DNA of 64,000 nt from Octopus sinensis. Its lineage: Eukaryota. The stretch spans positions 203,112,001-203,176,000 of the forward strand of contig NC_042998.1 of assembly GCF_006345805.1 (NCBI RefSeq), written 5' to 3'. The notes beneath the pieces are model-generated. The model was not told the DNA's origin. It saw only the letters and a list, made by a program, of their open reading frames with translations, and did no database searches. The translations under genes and the position numbers were made by a program. Numbering within the stretch: position 1 is the stretch's first letter; each line of letters starts with the position of its first letter. Below, in pieces: positions 51,935 through 64,000 of this stretch.

Positions 51935-52094
51935 AAGGGAGGTTTCAAGGGGAGATAATAGAGAGTTATTAGAGGAGAAAAGAAAACAAGGGGAGGTAAC
52001 AGTTGTAGGGTGTTATTACCCGAATTGAACATCATTTGCCTAAGCAAATTTATTCATGGTTATTATGCACCCAACGTGGGCCGTTGTTTAGTTG

Positions 52095-53292
52095 AAGGTG
52101 GCGGTGGCGTTGTGTGGTGGTGGTGTGCGGTGTGGCGGCGGTGGCGTGCGGTGAAGTGGCGGTGGTGTGGGGCGGCGGTGTGGTGGTGGTGTGGCGGCGG
52201 TGTGACGGCGGTGTTTTGTGGCGGCGGTGTGACGGCGTGGCGCGGTGTGATGTGGCGGTGGCGGCGGTGTGGCGGCGGGTGGTGGCGGTGTGGCGGCGGT
52301 GTGACCGGCGGGTGTGGCGGCGGTTGGTGTTGTGGCGGCGGTGTGGAGGAGGTGTGGCGTCGGGTGTGGTGGTGGTGTGGCGGCGGTGTGGCGGCGGTGT
52401 GGCGGCGGTGTGGCGGTGGTGTGGCGGCGGTGTGGTGGCGGTGTGGCGGCGGTGTGACGGCGGTTTGTTGTTTGTGGCGGGCATTGTGACGCGGCTGTGG
52501 CGGCGGTGTGGCGGCGGTGTGGCGGTGGTGTGGCGGCGGTGTGGTGGCGGTGTGGCGGCGGTGTGGCGGCGGTGTGGCGGCGGTGTGGCGGCGGTGTGGC
52601 GGTGGTGTGGCGGCGGTGTGTTTGTGGTGGCGGGTGGCGCGGTTGTGACGGCGGTGTGGCGGCGGTGTGGCGGCGGTGTGGCGGGGTGGGGTGGGGCGGG
52701 TGGTGGCGTGTTGTGGCGGCGTGGCGGCGCTTGGGCGGCGGTGTTGCTGTGGCGGTGGTGTGGCGGCGGTGTGGTGGCGGTGTGGCGGCGGTTGTGACGC
52801 GGTGTGGCGGCGGTGTGTGGGGCGGCGGTGTGGCGGCGGAGGGCGGCGGGTGGCGGCGGTGTGGCGGGGGTGTGGCGACGGTGTGGTGGCGGTGTGGCGG
52901 CGGTGTGTGTGGCGGTGTTTTGTGGCTTGTGACGGCGGTGTGGCGGCGGTGTGGCGGTGTGGTGTGTGTGCGGTGGTGGCGGCGGTGTGTGGTGCGGTGT
53001 GGCGGCGGTGTGGCGGTGTGGCGGCGGTTTGTGGTGGTGGGGTGGCGGCGGTGTGGTGGCGGTGTGGCGGCGGTGTGTGACGGCGGTGTGGCGGCGGTGT
53101 GGCGGCGGTTGTGGGGGTGGTGTGGCGTAGGTGGGGGTGGTGTGTGGCGGTGTGTGGCGGCGTTGTGACGGCGGTGTGGCGGTGGTGTGGTGTGGCGGCG
53201 GTGTGGCGGCGGAGTGGCGGCGGTGTGGCGGCGGTGTGGCGGCGGTGTGACGGCGGTGTGATGGTGGTGTAGCGGTGGTGTGGCGGTGTTGC
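52095..53292. repeat. GC-rich degenerate minisatellite, ~11-bp unit GTGGCGGCGGT
   Basis: Direct reading; variants GTGACGGCGGT and GTGGCGGT; many indels. Confidence 0.9.
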
Positions 53293-53884
53293 CTAGCGAA
53301 AGCTAACAGACGGACATAATAATGGTGGCTGTAGCATAGGTGGATTGGTGGTGGTGGTGGTGGTGGTTGTGGTGGTGGTGGTGGTGATGGTGGTGGTGGT
53401 GGAATGGAAGGACTGGAGGCTTGAAGTGTGGTTACTGTTGTCTATGGTGATGATGATGATAGCAGTGTTTGGTGTTAGATGTAATGGCGGTGGTTGCGGT
53501 GGCGCTACCGTCGGTGTGTTAGTGTGTTTGACAAAATCTCTGTTTAAAACAAAACCGGTGTGGAGCCAGAAGACTAACTTAGACATCAGTCAAATAGGTT
53601 CGGCTAAAATGTTTAATGGTTAATGAAAGTAAAGGGCGGCGAGAGGTGGCAGAGTTGTTACCGCGCCAGGCAAAATGCTTTGCGCTCTGAATTCAAATTC
53701 AGCTGAGGTGCACTTTGCCTTTCGTCTTTCAGGGTCAATAAAATAAGTACCAGTTATGCACTGGAGTCGATGTTAATACTTGCTGGCCTTGTGCTAAACT
53801 CTGAGACTAACATCAATTTATTCTAAATAACAGTAATAATAATAACAACAACAATAACAACAATGCTACTACTACTACTACTAC

Positions 53885-53920
<36 letters not shown>

Positions 53921-53926
53921 TAATAA

Positions 53927-54483
53927 ATGCTCTGATGCAGTACCAGGCAGTGGCTCTCATGGCTTCTGATCTTAACTGATTGGAAGTGTTATTATGTCCA
54001 TTGTTTTATCTTGGTATAAAAGATGGACTACAGCAAATATTCTGCTCAATACCACAGATTTGCTTGTCAGTTGTTTGACCTTAACCAGTTGAGCATGTTC
54101 CTTAGTGGCTGACAATATGTGCATCTCTGATCACGAGCAGAAGTAGTGGGGGTGGCATCGTAGCCATGTATTGAGAGGGATTCTTTGGGTTTTGGATAAT
54201 TCAGCTTTGAAAACATGAGTGTTTCGTTGAACATCTTTAAACAACCCTTATTCAGGGACCTTTTGTTTGGGATGGTCTACACGATCTGACGAAAATTCTA
54301 ACTGGGCTCCACCTGGAAGGTCATGTGCTGTTTATCTTGATATGAAATCACCATGTCACGCACACATGGTTGTGATGCATGTGCCTGGTGTACCCTTATC
54401 CGACGGGTAGTCATGATGGGTATACTGGGCTTCGTATATTTTATCCCAGTGTCACTTTGATGGCATGCACTGCTCTCTCACTC
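53927..54483 (+). mobile_element. ~555-bp non-coding retroposon-like element flanked by (TAA)n
   Basis: atgctctgatgcagtaccagg...gcactgctctctcactc; three copies share the right end; no ORF or pol III boxes seen. Confidence 0.75.
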
Positions 54484-54511
54484 AACAACAACAATAACAA
54501 CAACAACAACA

Positions 54512-54578
<67 letters not shown>

Positions 54579-54721
54579 CACTAAATACAAAACCAAATAT
54601 ATGGCACCCTAGGCATAACACCAGCATGAACTTCCAGCCTGTTGTCTCTTGAGGTCTCTGGGTGAGACTTGGAGCCAACTTGTACAAATGTAAAGCAAAA
54701 GTCAAACATATTAATAATAAC

Positions 54722-54794
<73 letters not shown>

Positions 54795-54829
54795 GTAATA
54801 ATAATAATAATAATGATAATAATAATAAT

Positions 54830-55000
54830 AACCAGAATCCTTGTCCGGTACTGGATCGATCCCCAAATCTAATCAGTTTGTGCCAGTCACGAGGCTAAAC
54901 ACCCCTGAAAGTTTCACCCGAAACCACTCAGCGGTTCTTGAGATATCTCGTCCACGGACAAACAAACACGACTGAAGAAAATTCCTATATATAATGATCT
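54830..55000 (+). mobile_element. Fragment of the Helentron-like element
   Basis: Matches 56060-56215. Confidence 0.6.
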
Positions 55001-55004
55001 CACA

Positions 55005-55874
55005 GCACCAGATAACGGCCCTTATGTCTTCTGATCTTAACCGTGTTATGTACATGTTTGGTGGAGGCGCAATGGCCCAGTGGTTAGGGCAGCGGACTCG
55101 CGGTCATAGGATCGCGGTTTCGATTCCCAGATCGGGCGTTGTGAGTGTTTGTTAAGCGAAAACACCTAAAAGCTCCACGAGGCTCCGGCAGGGGATGGTG
55201 GTGATCCCTGCTGTACTCTTTCACCAAACTTTCTTCGCTCTTACTCCTGTTTCTGTTGTACCTGTATTTCAAGGGGCCGGCCTTGTCACTCTCTGTGTCA
55301 CGCTGAATATCCCGAGAACTACGTTAAGGGTACGCGTGTCTGTGGAGTGCTCAGCCACTTACACGTTAATTTCACGAGCAGGCTGTTCTGTTGATTCGGA
55401 TCAACCGGAACCCTCATCGTCGTAACCGACGGAGTGCTTCCCTCCTATGTACATGTTTGTCTTACTGTAAATATGTGCTGCTGCAAATTCGCTGCTCAGT
55501 ACAGCAGATTCGCTTGTTGGTTGATGTTAATCAATGGGCAGGTCCCATAATGGCTGACAATATGTGTATCTGTGATCAAGAGTAAGCGTAGTAGGGAAGC
55601 ATCATAGCCATGTATTGAGGGAAATTGTTTGGGGTTTGAATAACACACTTCTGGAAACATCGGTGTTTCGTTCATGAAATTTAAACAACCCTTATTCAGA
55701 GACCCTTTGAGCAAGAAAATCCTAACTGGGCCCCTACCTGCAAGGTAATGCGCGGTTGATCTTGATATGAAGTCACCATGTCCCCCCAATGTTATACAAT
55801 GTGCTTGATATACCCTTTTCAGACGGGTAGTTATGATCGGCCTATTGGACTCCGATGGCGTGTACAGCTCTCTC
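55005..55874 (+). mobile_element. Older diverged copy of the (TAA)n element, interrupted by SINE C
   Basis: ttctgatcttaac before the SINE; aacaacccttattcag and aactgggcccc after it. Confidence 0.7.
55061..55445 (+). mobile_element. SINE C, tail type III, 14-bp TSD
   Basis: TSD tatgtacatgtttg at 55047-55060 and 55446-55459. Confidence 0.9.
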
Positions 55875-55889
55875 AATAATAATAATAAT

Positions 55890-56250
55890 AACAAGAGTAC
55901 TCAGAGGGCACAAACCTCCACCAAGGTAGCATCACCTTCCTCTAAACGATTTTTAAAATGAGAATATCTGAAATAGACTCGACTGCTCTACCAAACGAGA
56001 ATATTAAAAATGAACCCGACAACTCTCAACAATTAAGTAAAAAAAGAACCTGAAAAATAATCCAGAATCCTTGTCCGGTTCTGGATCGATCTCAAAATCT
56101 AATCAATTTGTGTCAGTCACAAGGCCAAACATCCCTGAAAGTTTCATCCGAATCCATCCAGCGGTTCTTGAGATATCTTGTCCACGGACAAACAAACAGA
56201 CGAACAAACACGACTAAAAACAATACCCCCGCTTTCACTAAGGCGGAGAT
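55890..56250 (+). mobile_element. Helentron-associated (DINE-1/HINE-like) non-autonomous element
   Basis: 5' subterminal cctccaccaagg, internal (ACAA)n, 3' hairpin ccgcttt-cact-aaggcgg. Confidence 0.5.
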
Positions 56251-56263
56251 AATAATAATAATC

Positions 56264-56299
<36 letters not shown>

Positions 56300-56759
56300 T
56301 AATAATAATAATAACAGCAACAACAACAACAAAACGGTAGAAACAATAACAAAGCGTGCATCGTCAATAACAATAATGAAATAGCAGAAAAACGAGAAAG
56401 TTAAATATAAAGAGAGAGAGAGAGAGATGGGAGAGGAAGAAGAGGGAGAGAAAGAGAGAGAGGGGGAGAGCGAGAGAAAAGAAGAAAAAGAGTCATGGGA
56501 GCGATGGCTATAAAAAAAGGGGTGGGATGATAATGTGGGAGGAGTAGAAGTAGGAGGAGAAAGAAAGTGTGCTGTATTATGTGTTTGACAAAGGGGCCAC
56601 GTGGAGAGGCTGTGTTGTGATTTGTGACATGATACAACGGCCAGAAGGTGTGTTAGGGTAACATTTAAGGACCGGGGTTTGTCAAGCATTCATGGAAGAA
56701 CAATGGAAACGACGGGGAAGGGACCGTTCGAAAGAGATTAAGGAGTAATAAAAGGAATA

Positions 56760-56854
56760 CAACACAAAACAACAATAATAATATAATAATAATAATAATA
56801 ATAATAAGATATAATAATAATAATAATAATAATAAATAATAAAAATAAAAAATA

Positions 56855-56930
<76 letters not shown>

Positions 56931-56931
56931 C

Positions 56932-57004
<73 letters not shown>

Positions 57005-57073
57005 AATAATAATAATATAATAATAATAATCATAATAATAATATTAATAATAATAATAATAATAATAATAATC

Positions 57074-57131
<58 letters not shown>

Positions 57132-57147
57132 TGTGATGATGATGATA

Positions 57148-57216
<69 letters not shown>

Positions 57217-57380
57217 TAATAATAATAATAATAATATAATAATAATAATAGAGAAGAAGAAAAAAGAAGAAGAAGAAAAACAACAACAATAATAATAATA
57301 ATAATAATAATAATATAATAATAATAATAATTTTATATTATTATTATTATTATTATTATTATATTATTATTATTATAACA
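56760..57380. repeat. Long degenerate (TAA)n tract
   Basis: Direct reading. Confidence 0.95.
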
Positions 57381-57659
57381 TGAAGATATTATAAGTGTCT
57401 GTCTCTCATATCCTCTCTGTCTCCCTCTTCCCCCTCTCTCACATACAAACACACACAGACACACAGACAGAAAGACACACACACTCAAACACAAACACAC
57501 ATAAGTACACCAGGAGTTGAGCTGATTAAACCCTCGTGAATTACACAATTCTCCCACCCTCTATAGCGTTGAACTATTACTGCCCCACCAGCCGACCTAC
57601 ATACATATATATATATATATGTATGTATGTGTGTGTGTGTGTGTGTGTTTATGTATGTA

Positions 57660-57781
57660 TATATTCCTTTCTATTAAAGAGCGTAGGCTCGAAACGTAAG
57701 AGACTTTTTCACTTCCGAGCGTTAAACTAATACACCTGTTTGTGTTTACACGCCCATCTTCATCTTTTTTCTATAAATTCC

Positions 57782-57785
<4 letters not shown>
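57660..57785 (+). mobile_element. Penelope-type module with decayed hammerhead, same family as 10325-10470
   Basis: cttt CTATTAA a gagc gtag gctc GAAAC GTA agag; shared downstream cactt(c)ccgagcgtta.actaatac. Confidence 0.5.
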
Positions 57786-57823
<38 letters not shown>

Positions 57824-57940
57824 ATATATATATATATATATAGCGTATGTGTGTTTGTGTGTCTGTGTTTGTCCCTTAGCTTGCTTGACAACCGATGCTG
57901 GTGTGTTTATGTCCCCGTTACTTATATATATATATATATA

Positions 57941-58105
57941 TAAAACATTATTGGTGAATTGAGAAATGGAGCTGAACGCAGATTGAACAGAAATCGTTTT
58001 ATTTCATTCTACACGTGTTTCGAAAGGCACGTGTAGAATGAAATAAAACGATTTCTGTTCAATCTGCGTTCAGCTCCATTTCTTCAATTCACCAATAATG
58101 TTTTA
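57941..58105. repeat. Near-perfect hairpin, 77-bp arms, 10-nt loop
   Basis: 57941-58017 vs 58028-58105, one indel. Confidence 0.95.
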
Positions 58106-58248
58106 ATTTCAATTATCCGCACAACGCACGGTTGCAACGCCAGATGGTTGTACCTCCAACCGTGCTGTTCACTGCTGTGATTTTGCTACTAAGGTATCGG
58201 TTAAACTTTTGATTAATCTACTACAAGATTATTCATTTCTATTTCACA

Positions 58249-58290
<42 letters not shown>

Positions 58291-58929
58291 ATATATGGCG
58301 GGGGTAATCATATATATGTGTGTGATTGTCACCGTACCGTACATCACCAACAGCAACAGCAACAACATAAAACAAAGAACGTCGATAAACTGTAAAAAAA
58401 TTAATAATTTCGAGAATGAAATCAGAATGAAAGATAAACTTAATTAATTTGGAAATAAAAAGTAATCGGAAGAATAAAAGATGAAATAAAGAAAGGTGAA
58501 TAAAAGATAAAGGAATCAATTAAGGTTTAAGGGTTGGAAGAATGTAATTAACAGGGAGTGTTTTGTGACCCCTGTAATTAGAGTAAATTAAGCTGGAAGT
58601 GACGTTTGCCCGATGGTGCTGGGAGTTAGGTACCAGTCAGAAGGAAAGGAAAAGAAAGAAAGAAACATACGCAGCAGACGTTGTAGGGTGGAGTAAAACT
58701 GTCGACACGTTGTTTTATTTTTAGGGAAGGGGGTGGAATTGATTTGGGGGCCGTCAATCAGAGTAGGGACGGGTGGAAATATTAGTTGGTGGCATAGAAG
58801 TGGGTAGGGAACGGATGTTCTGAGAATGGCCGTTTTATAAACTGAAGGTTTTTTTTTTCTCCTCTAGAAATATCTGGTCTTGTGTTAAGATAACCCCCGT
58901 CGTCATCATTTGAGGAGCAGCGGAAATGA

Positions 58930-59320
58930 TGCCCTGCTCCTGTATTCGTTCTCAATCTTTACCTTCGGGTTTCAAATCCCACCGAAGCCAACTTTACCTT
59001 TCATCTTTCTGGGGTGGAGACAATAAAATATCAGTCAAATACTGGGCTCAATGGCATCGACTAACCCCTTCCCGTCAGAAATACTGGCCTTTTGCCTAAA
59101 TAAAAGATGCGTTTTAATATTAAGGTGGTGCGTCGGACAAAATGCTGAGCGGCGTTTCTTCCGTCTTTGCGTTCTGAGTTCAAATTCCGCCGAGGTCGAA
59201 TTTGCCTTTCATCCTTTCGGGGTCGATAAATGAAGTACCAGTTGAGTCCTGGGGTCGATGTGATCGACTGTTCTCACCACAAAATCCAGGTCTTGTGCCT
59301 AAAGTAGAAAGAATTATTAT
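58930..59320 (+). mobile_element. Two diverged SINE B copies (tail 2)
   Basis: Family match. Confidence 0.75.
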
Positions 59321-59389
59321 CATTATTATTTTGGATAAAGGTTCAGCTATATCCCTGAAAGGAATTATATTGATAGCGGGTTACTACCT

Positions 59390-60200
59390 GTAACCTAAGG
59401 TAGCCACAAATTTTCAGTTGTCTTTTAAGTGCTTAGAACCCTCCTGATAATCCATGCTGTCCCTAACAGACCTTCTTTACGGGCTCTGCCGGGCATTCTA
59501 TTTCAATCTCCTTCAGCCATTTGTCTATATTTTTGTTTTCTATTCCCAACGCACCAATTATTATAGGCACGACCTTTATTGTTCTCATGCTCCAAATTCT
59601 TCCTATTTCAAGTTTTAAGAGATTGTATTATTTTCGTCCTCTTTCTTTACAATCCTGGAATCCAACTGCTCTCATGGGTCAATAAGTAAACAACTTTGCT
59701 TTCCCTTATCTATAATTGTTATGTCCGATCTATTATTTCCTAACTTTTTGTCTGTTTGAATAGGACAGTCCCACGGGATCTTACATTTCTCCAACTCCAA
59801 TACTCTTCCAACATGGTTTTACCATGTGTTTCAAACTTCAAATTCCCATTTCTGGCAATTTTTTCCAGTGTAAAATTTTTACAACTTGGTCGTTCCTCCA
59901 TTTCTTATATTCTTCCTGTGCCATCTTGGGACATTCTGCCACAATGTATGCCACTATCGCGTTCCAGGTTCTACAGGCTCTACATTTTTTTTTTTACACA
60001 TTCTCTCCATACATATTTTTGCTCAAGTTGTTTGTTCTTATCGCTTCATCTTGAGCTGCTACAATTAGGCTCTTTGTTTCTTTTTTTAATTGCCCCCTTT
60101 TTTAACCAAGCCCAAGATTTTGTTGCACTTACATCTTCAGTAGCGCTTCAAAGTTGGCCATGCAGAGGATTCTCTTCGATCTTTCTGACATGCACCCATT
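59390..60200 (-). mobile_element. Degraded R4/Dong-like RLE LINE (zinc knuckle + endonuclease)
   Basis: SWAWLKKG.IKKETKSLIVAAQDEAIRTN; KCRAC...YIVAECPKMAQEEYK; WDCPIQTDKKL; IKVVPIIIGALG. Confidence 0.8.
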
Positions 60201-60878
60201 GTATTCCATTCCTTTTCTCTTATTGCACCACTACACCCACCACCGTTACAACTACCAGCACTACTCTGCCGCTTTATCATGTCATTATTACGTAATCAGC
60301 TTCATTGTAAACCCAGGCTGTTTTTTTAACTAATAGTAAACAGCATACAATAAAATACACGATTAACAAGATTCTATAAACGATTCCAAAAGTTCATGCG
60401 TGTGTTTTCCTACAATTTACTTCCCAAATATAAAATCATTTGAAGCTGTTATCCGTCGCAAAAGGATACCAATTTCGGAAAGACTGTCTAGAAAGATATC
60501 TTCTGCCAAATAATATACCAACATCACTCCACAACGGTTAGTTCAAATATTTATAGCCACAACGGAATGGTTAGCCATTCTACAGGTTTGGAAATTGGCA
60601 GCAATTTCTGAAGACGGCTTCAATGGAATCTTTGGTAGAATGAAATTTTCTTGGCAGGAATTACACCCCATCTCACGCGCTCGTATACACGCAAACGCGC
60701 ACACACACACTCACTCACACACACACATACACATACACACACAGATAGACAGATTGATAGACAGACAGACGGATAAACGAACAGATCAACAGATAGATGT
60801 ATGCGTGTATACTTACCTACATACATATAGATACACACATACTGTTCTCTCTCCTTATATATACGTATATATAGATAC

Positions 60879-60911
<33 letters not shown>

Positions 60912-61919
60912 TGTATGTATGTATGTATGCATATATGTGTGTATGTATGTATGTATGTAGGTATGTATGTTTGTATGTATGTATGTATGTATGTATGTAT
61001 TTATGTATGCATTACGCACACACACACAACCACACACAATCACACACATACACACAATCACACACACACACACATACACGTGCACACACAATCACACACA
61101 CACACACAACCACACACACAACCACACACATACACAATCACACACACATACACGTGCACACACAATCACACACACACACGCAACCACACATCCACACAGG
61201 TGTCTGAATATGTCCGAATGTACATCGGTACATATATTTTAAAATGTTTTATCCAAACATGTGAGCATGCATACGGAGGACGTTTTAACTGTGTAAATAC
61301 ACGGTAAATATAAATATTACTTTATATTATATATATGCGTATATATATATACGACCGTACGACCATCTGTATGCATAGAATCAACATTTTTTTTTCTATT
61401 TGTTTTATCTTACATCTATCTGAAAGTTTTACTGGGTAAATAAATGTATACAAACTTGTATGAATGTGTGTGTGTTTGTGTTAAACCATTGAAACTTGTA
61501 TGAAAGTATTGAAAAAACGTATACACCTATGGGCACACGTACATATATTATACACACACACACACACACACTCACACACACACACTCACACACATGTAAA
61601 TACATATATATGTGTATGTATGCAGATAAAGTTATGCTAATATATGTATTTTTATATATCCAAACACAAACACACGTATATATATATATATACATGCCTA
61701 CATACATGTATGTATAATGTATGTATATGTTAAATAATGTTTTAAATACGTAAACAACGAATATCAACAATGCATAAAAGACATTTCATGTAAAGAGTGT
61801 AAGGTTTATTGGGACATTGTTGACAGAGACTTCGGAATTTCCTTCGTGTTCGCTTGAGAAACTTCGAAGATCCTATCAACATTTTAATTTCAAATTTTTG
61901 CCACGAGACCAGAAAGTTC

Positions 61920-62310
61920 CTGAGAGGAGGTAAGTCGATTACATCGACGCCAGTGTTCAACTGGTACTTGTTTTATCGACCCCGAAAGGATGAAAGAGCG
62001 ACTCGACCTCGGAGGGATTTGAACTCAAAACGTAGACAGACAAAATGTCGCTAAGCATTTTCGACGTGCTAAGGATTCTTATTTCTTTATTGCCCACAAG
62101 GGGCTAAACATAGAGGGGACAAACAAGGACAGACAAAGGGGTTAAGTCGATTACATCGACCCCAGTGTGTGACTCGTACTTAATTTATCGACCCCGAAAA
62201 GATGAAAGGCAAAGTCGACCTCGGCGGAATTTGAACTCAGAAAGTAACGGCAGATGAAATACCGCTAAGCATTTCACCCGGCGTGCTAACGGCTCTGCCA
62301 ACTCGCCGCC
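61920..62310 (-). mobile_element. SINE B dimer (tail 1 + older unit)
   Basis: Family match. Confidence 0.8.
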
Positions 62311-62784
62311 TTATACACACATGCATATATACACACACACTGATACACACGTATGCACTCACTCACACGCGTGCGCTCACTTACTGTTAAAGCATTTGTA
62401 AATCGGCTGCTGTTTGTAACCTCTTAAATACATCTCTTTCATTCGGTTGTCGGGGGGTACTCAGAACTACGACCCAAGGGCTGGATTTAGGCCAACCGAT
62501 AACTTTCATCTGGATATTAAACATCCTCACTTTTATCCCAACCTATTTTAGGCATGTGAGCTATTACGGGGTCACTTGAATTAGCAGCAAAACCTCCAGT
62601 AAACCACACCTTATCATAAAATAAAGAGAACATACTAAATAATGTATTTCGAATTGCACAATGTTTAATAAACTTGACGGAACGGTCACGGTTGGATTAC
62701 ATCTGATCATAAGTCTTCTTATGACGGCTGATCCGTGATTAAACATCTGTTGTGAAATACTTCACTAATAAGTCTATATCTCAC

Positions 62785-62874
62785 CTCCTCTTCGCCGCTT
62801 TCCTTCATACGAATCACTTTAGATATTTTTCTTCGTTTCTGGAATCCCAATTCGACGTCGTCCGTTACAAACAT
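62785..62874 (-). CDS. Possible first coding exon of an unknown host gene
   Basis: ATG after an in-frame stop, MFVTDDVELGFQKRRKISKVIRMKESGEEE, phase-0 donor GAG|GTGAGA, in repeat-free CpG-retaining sequence. Confidence 0.3.
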
Positions 62875-63429
62875 GTAATTAAGGCGTTAAACATGGCCGA
62901 CAATGTTAGACAGGCTTTGAAACTAAAATAACATGTTTACACAAGTCGTTAAAATTCCACAAATAATACAGACTTGTTTGCCGTGAGGAAGCGAGGTTTC
63001 ACCAAGAATCGTAGTGTCCAAATCGGCAAAGCTTACATATTCTCAATTCTTCAAACAACACACGAACATTTTTTACGAATTTTATTGTTTACCGTTTATT
63101 GTTTTTTTCTCTGATGCAGACGATAACTAATTTCAGTAAATTTTCTTTTTCTTTACAGAATCCATTGTTTTTTTCTTTTTCATTTTGTTCAGATGCCAGC
63201 TTCTGACTTAAAATATTACCTGAGATATAGTATTCGATAGAAGGCTAAAGTTTTTATGAAATAATATTTTGTTTATAAATTTTATACTTTCAAAGTTTTT
63301 AGTGGTGTGTCAGTTACAAAGAAAATAATTTGAACTGTTCAAAATATACAAATCAACAAATAGTAACGATAAAAGATTTTAAGTGAAATAAAATTTTAAC
63401 TTACATATAAATAATACCTTAATACAAAT

Positions 63430-63632
63430 ATTGGTTTCGCATTTTAGCACAAGGACAGGAGTTTTGAGGGGAGGCGGGGAGGTCGATTCCAGGGCTCAAC
63501 TGGTATCTATTTTATCAACCTCGAAAGGATGCAAGGCAAAGTCAACCTCGGCAAAATCTGATCTCAGAATATAAAGACGGATGAAATGCTGCTAACCATT
63601 TTGTCCGGCCTGCTAACGATTCTGCCAGCTCG
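63430..63632 (-). mobile_element. Diverged SINE B
   Basis: Family match. Confidence 0.7.
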
Positions 63633-64000
63633 GTTAAAGAATAATTTGAACAAAAGGTAAATAATGATGAAACTAAACAATAATATAGGGGATATATTTC
63701 ATAATTCCATAGTTTGAAGAACTTCCTTCCGTGGGCGAAAAGATAATAATTTGTAGAATGCACACAGCACAGTGAGAATCGAAACAATAACGTTTCTATT
63801 CATTTGAAACACGTTCTGTGAATTTCTGATCGCTGTTGGTTTTCGCCACCGGAGGACGACTCCTTTCTTAATACAAAAGAACGGATACGTTATTGTTTGG
63901 ATTTCTCACTGCTCTGTTTGTACCCCATAAATTATTATCTGTTTGACAGACATCAACATGCATCAGAAGATAGTATGTCCGTTGATTTCTATAAACAAGG

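Noticed and set aside
52010-53168. ORFs of 137-227 aa (WRRCGGGV repeats)
   Set aside because: Stop-free frames of the GC-rich minisatellite
60415-60672. Minus-strand 83-codon frame with one in-frame TGA (possible selenoprotein), or an 82-nt exon at 60421-60502
   Set aside because: No recognisable homology or SECIS; the mirror frame is equally open, so chance is plausible

Overview
Eukaryotic, AT-rich and repeat-saturated window. The SINE families and microsatellite load resemble a coleoid cephalopod, probably Octopus (inference from recall, not a database match). There is no intact host gene; nearly all listed ORFs are translated microsatellites. Contents: three tRNA-derived SINE families (A, B, C; many copies); remnants of RLE-type (R4/Dong-like), RTE and CR1-like LINEs, mostly inside microsatellites; one 5'-truncated Penelope-like element (GIY-YIG ORF, ~820-bp inverted arms); mariner and Tc1/maT transposase remnants; non-autonomous Helitron, Helentron-like and hAT elements; a 100-N gap; a 575-bp tandem duplication; and a 1.2-kb GC-rich minisatellite. 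Most interesting: (1) several distinct minimal type I hammerhead ribozyme motifs in Penelope-type terminal repeats and fold-backs, including a U3-A8 compensatory-core variant; (2) twin-priming-like 5' inversions in an RTE and an RLE LINE; (3) one SINE head/body carrying three different 3' tails, one matching a nearby RTE 3' end; (4) a non-coding (TAA)n-embedded retroposon; (5) an inverted repeat that preserves the empty site of a Helitron insertion. All alignments were done by eye, and many boundaries are approximate (+/-10-20 bp).
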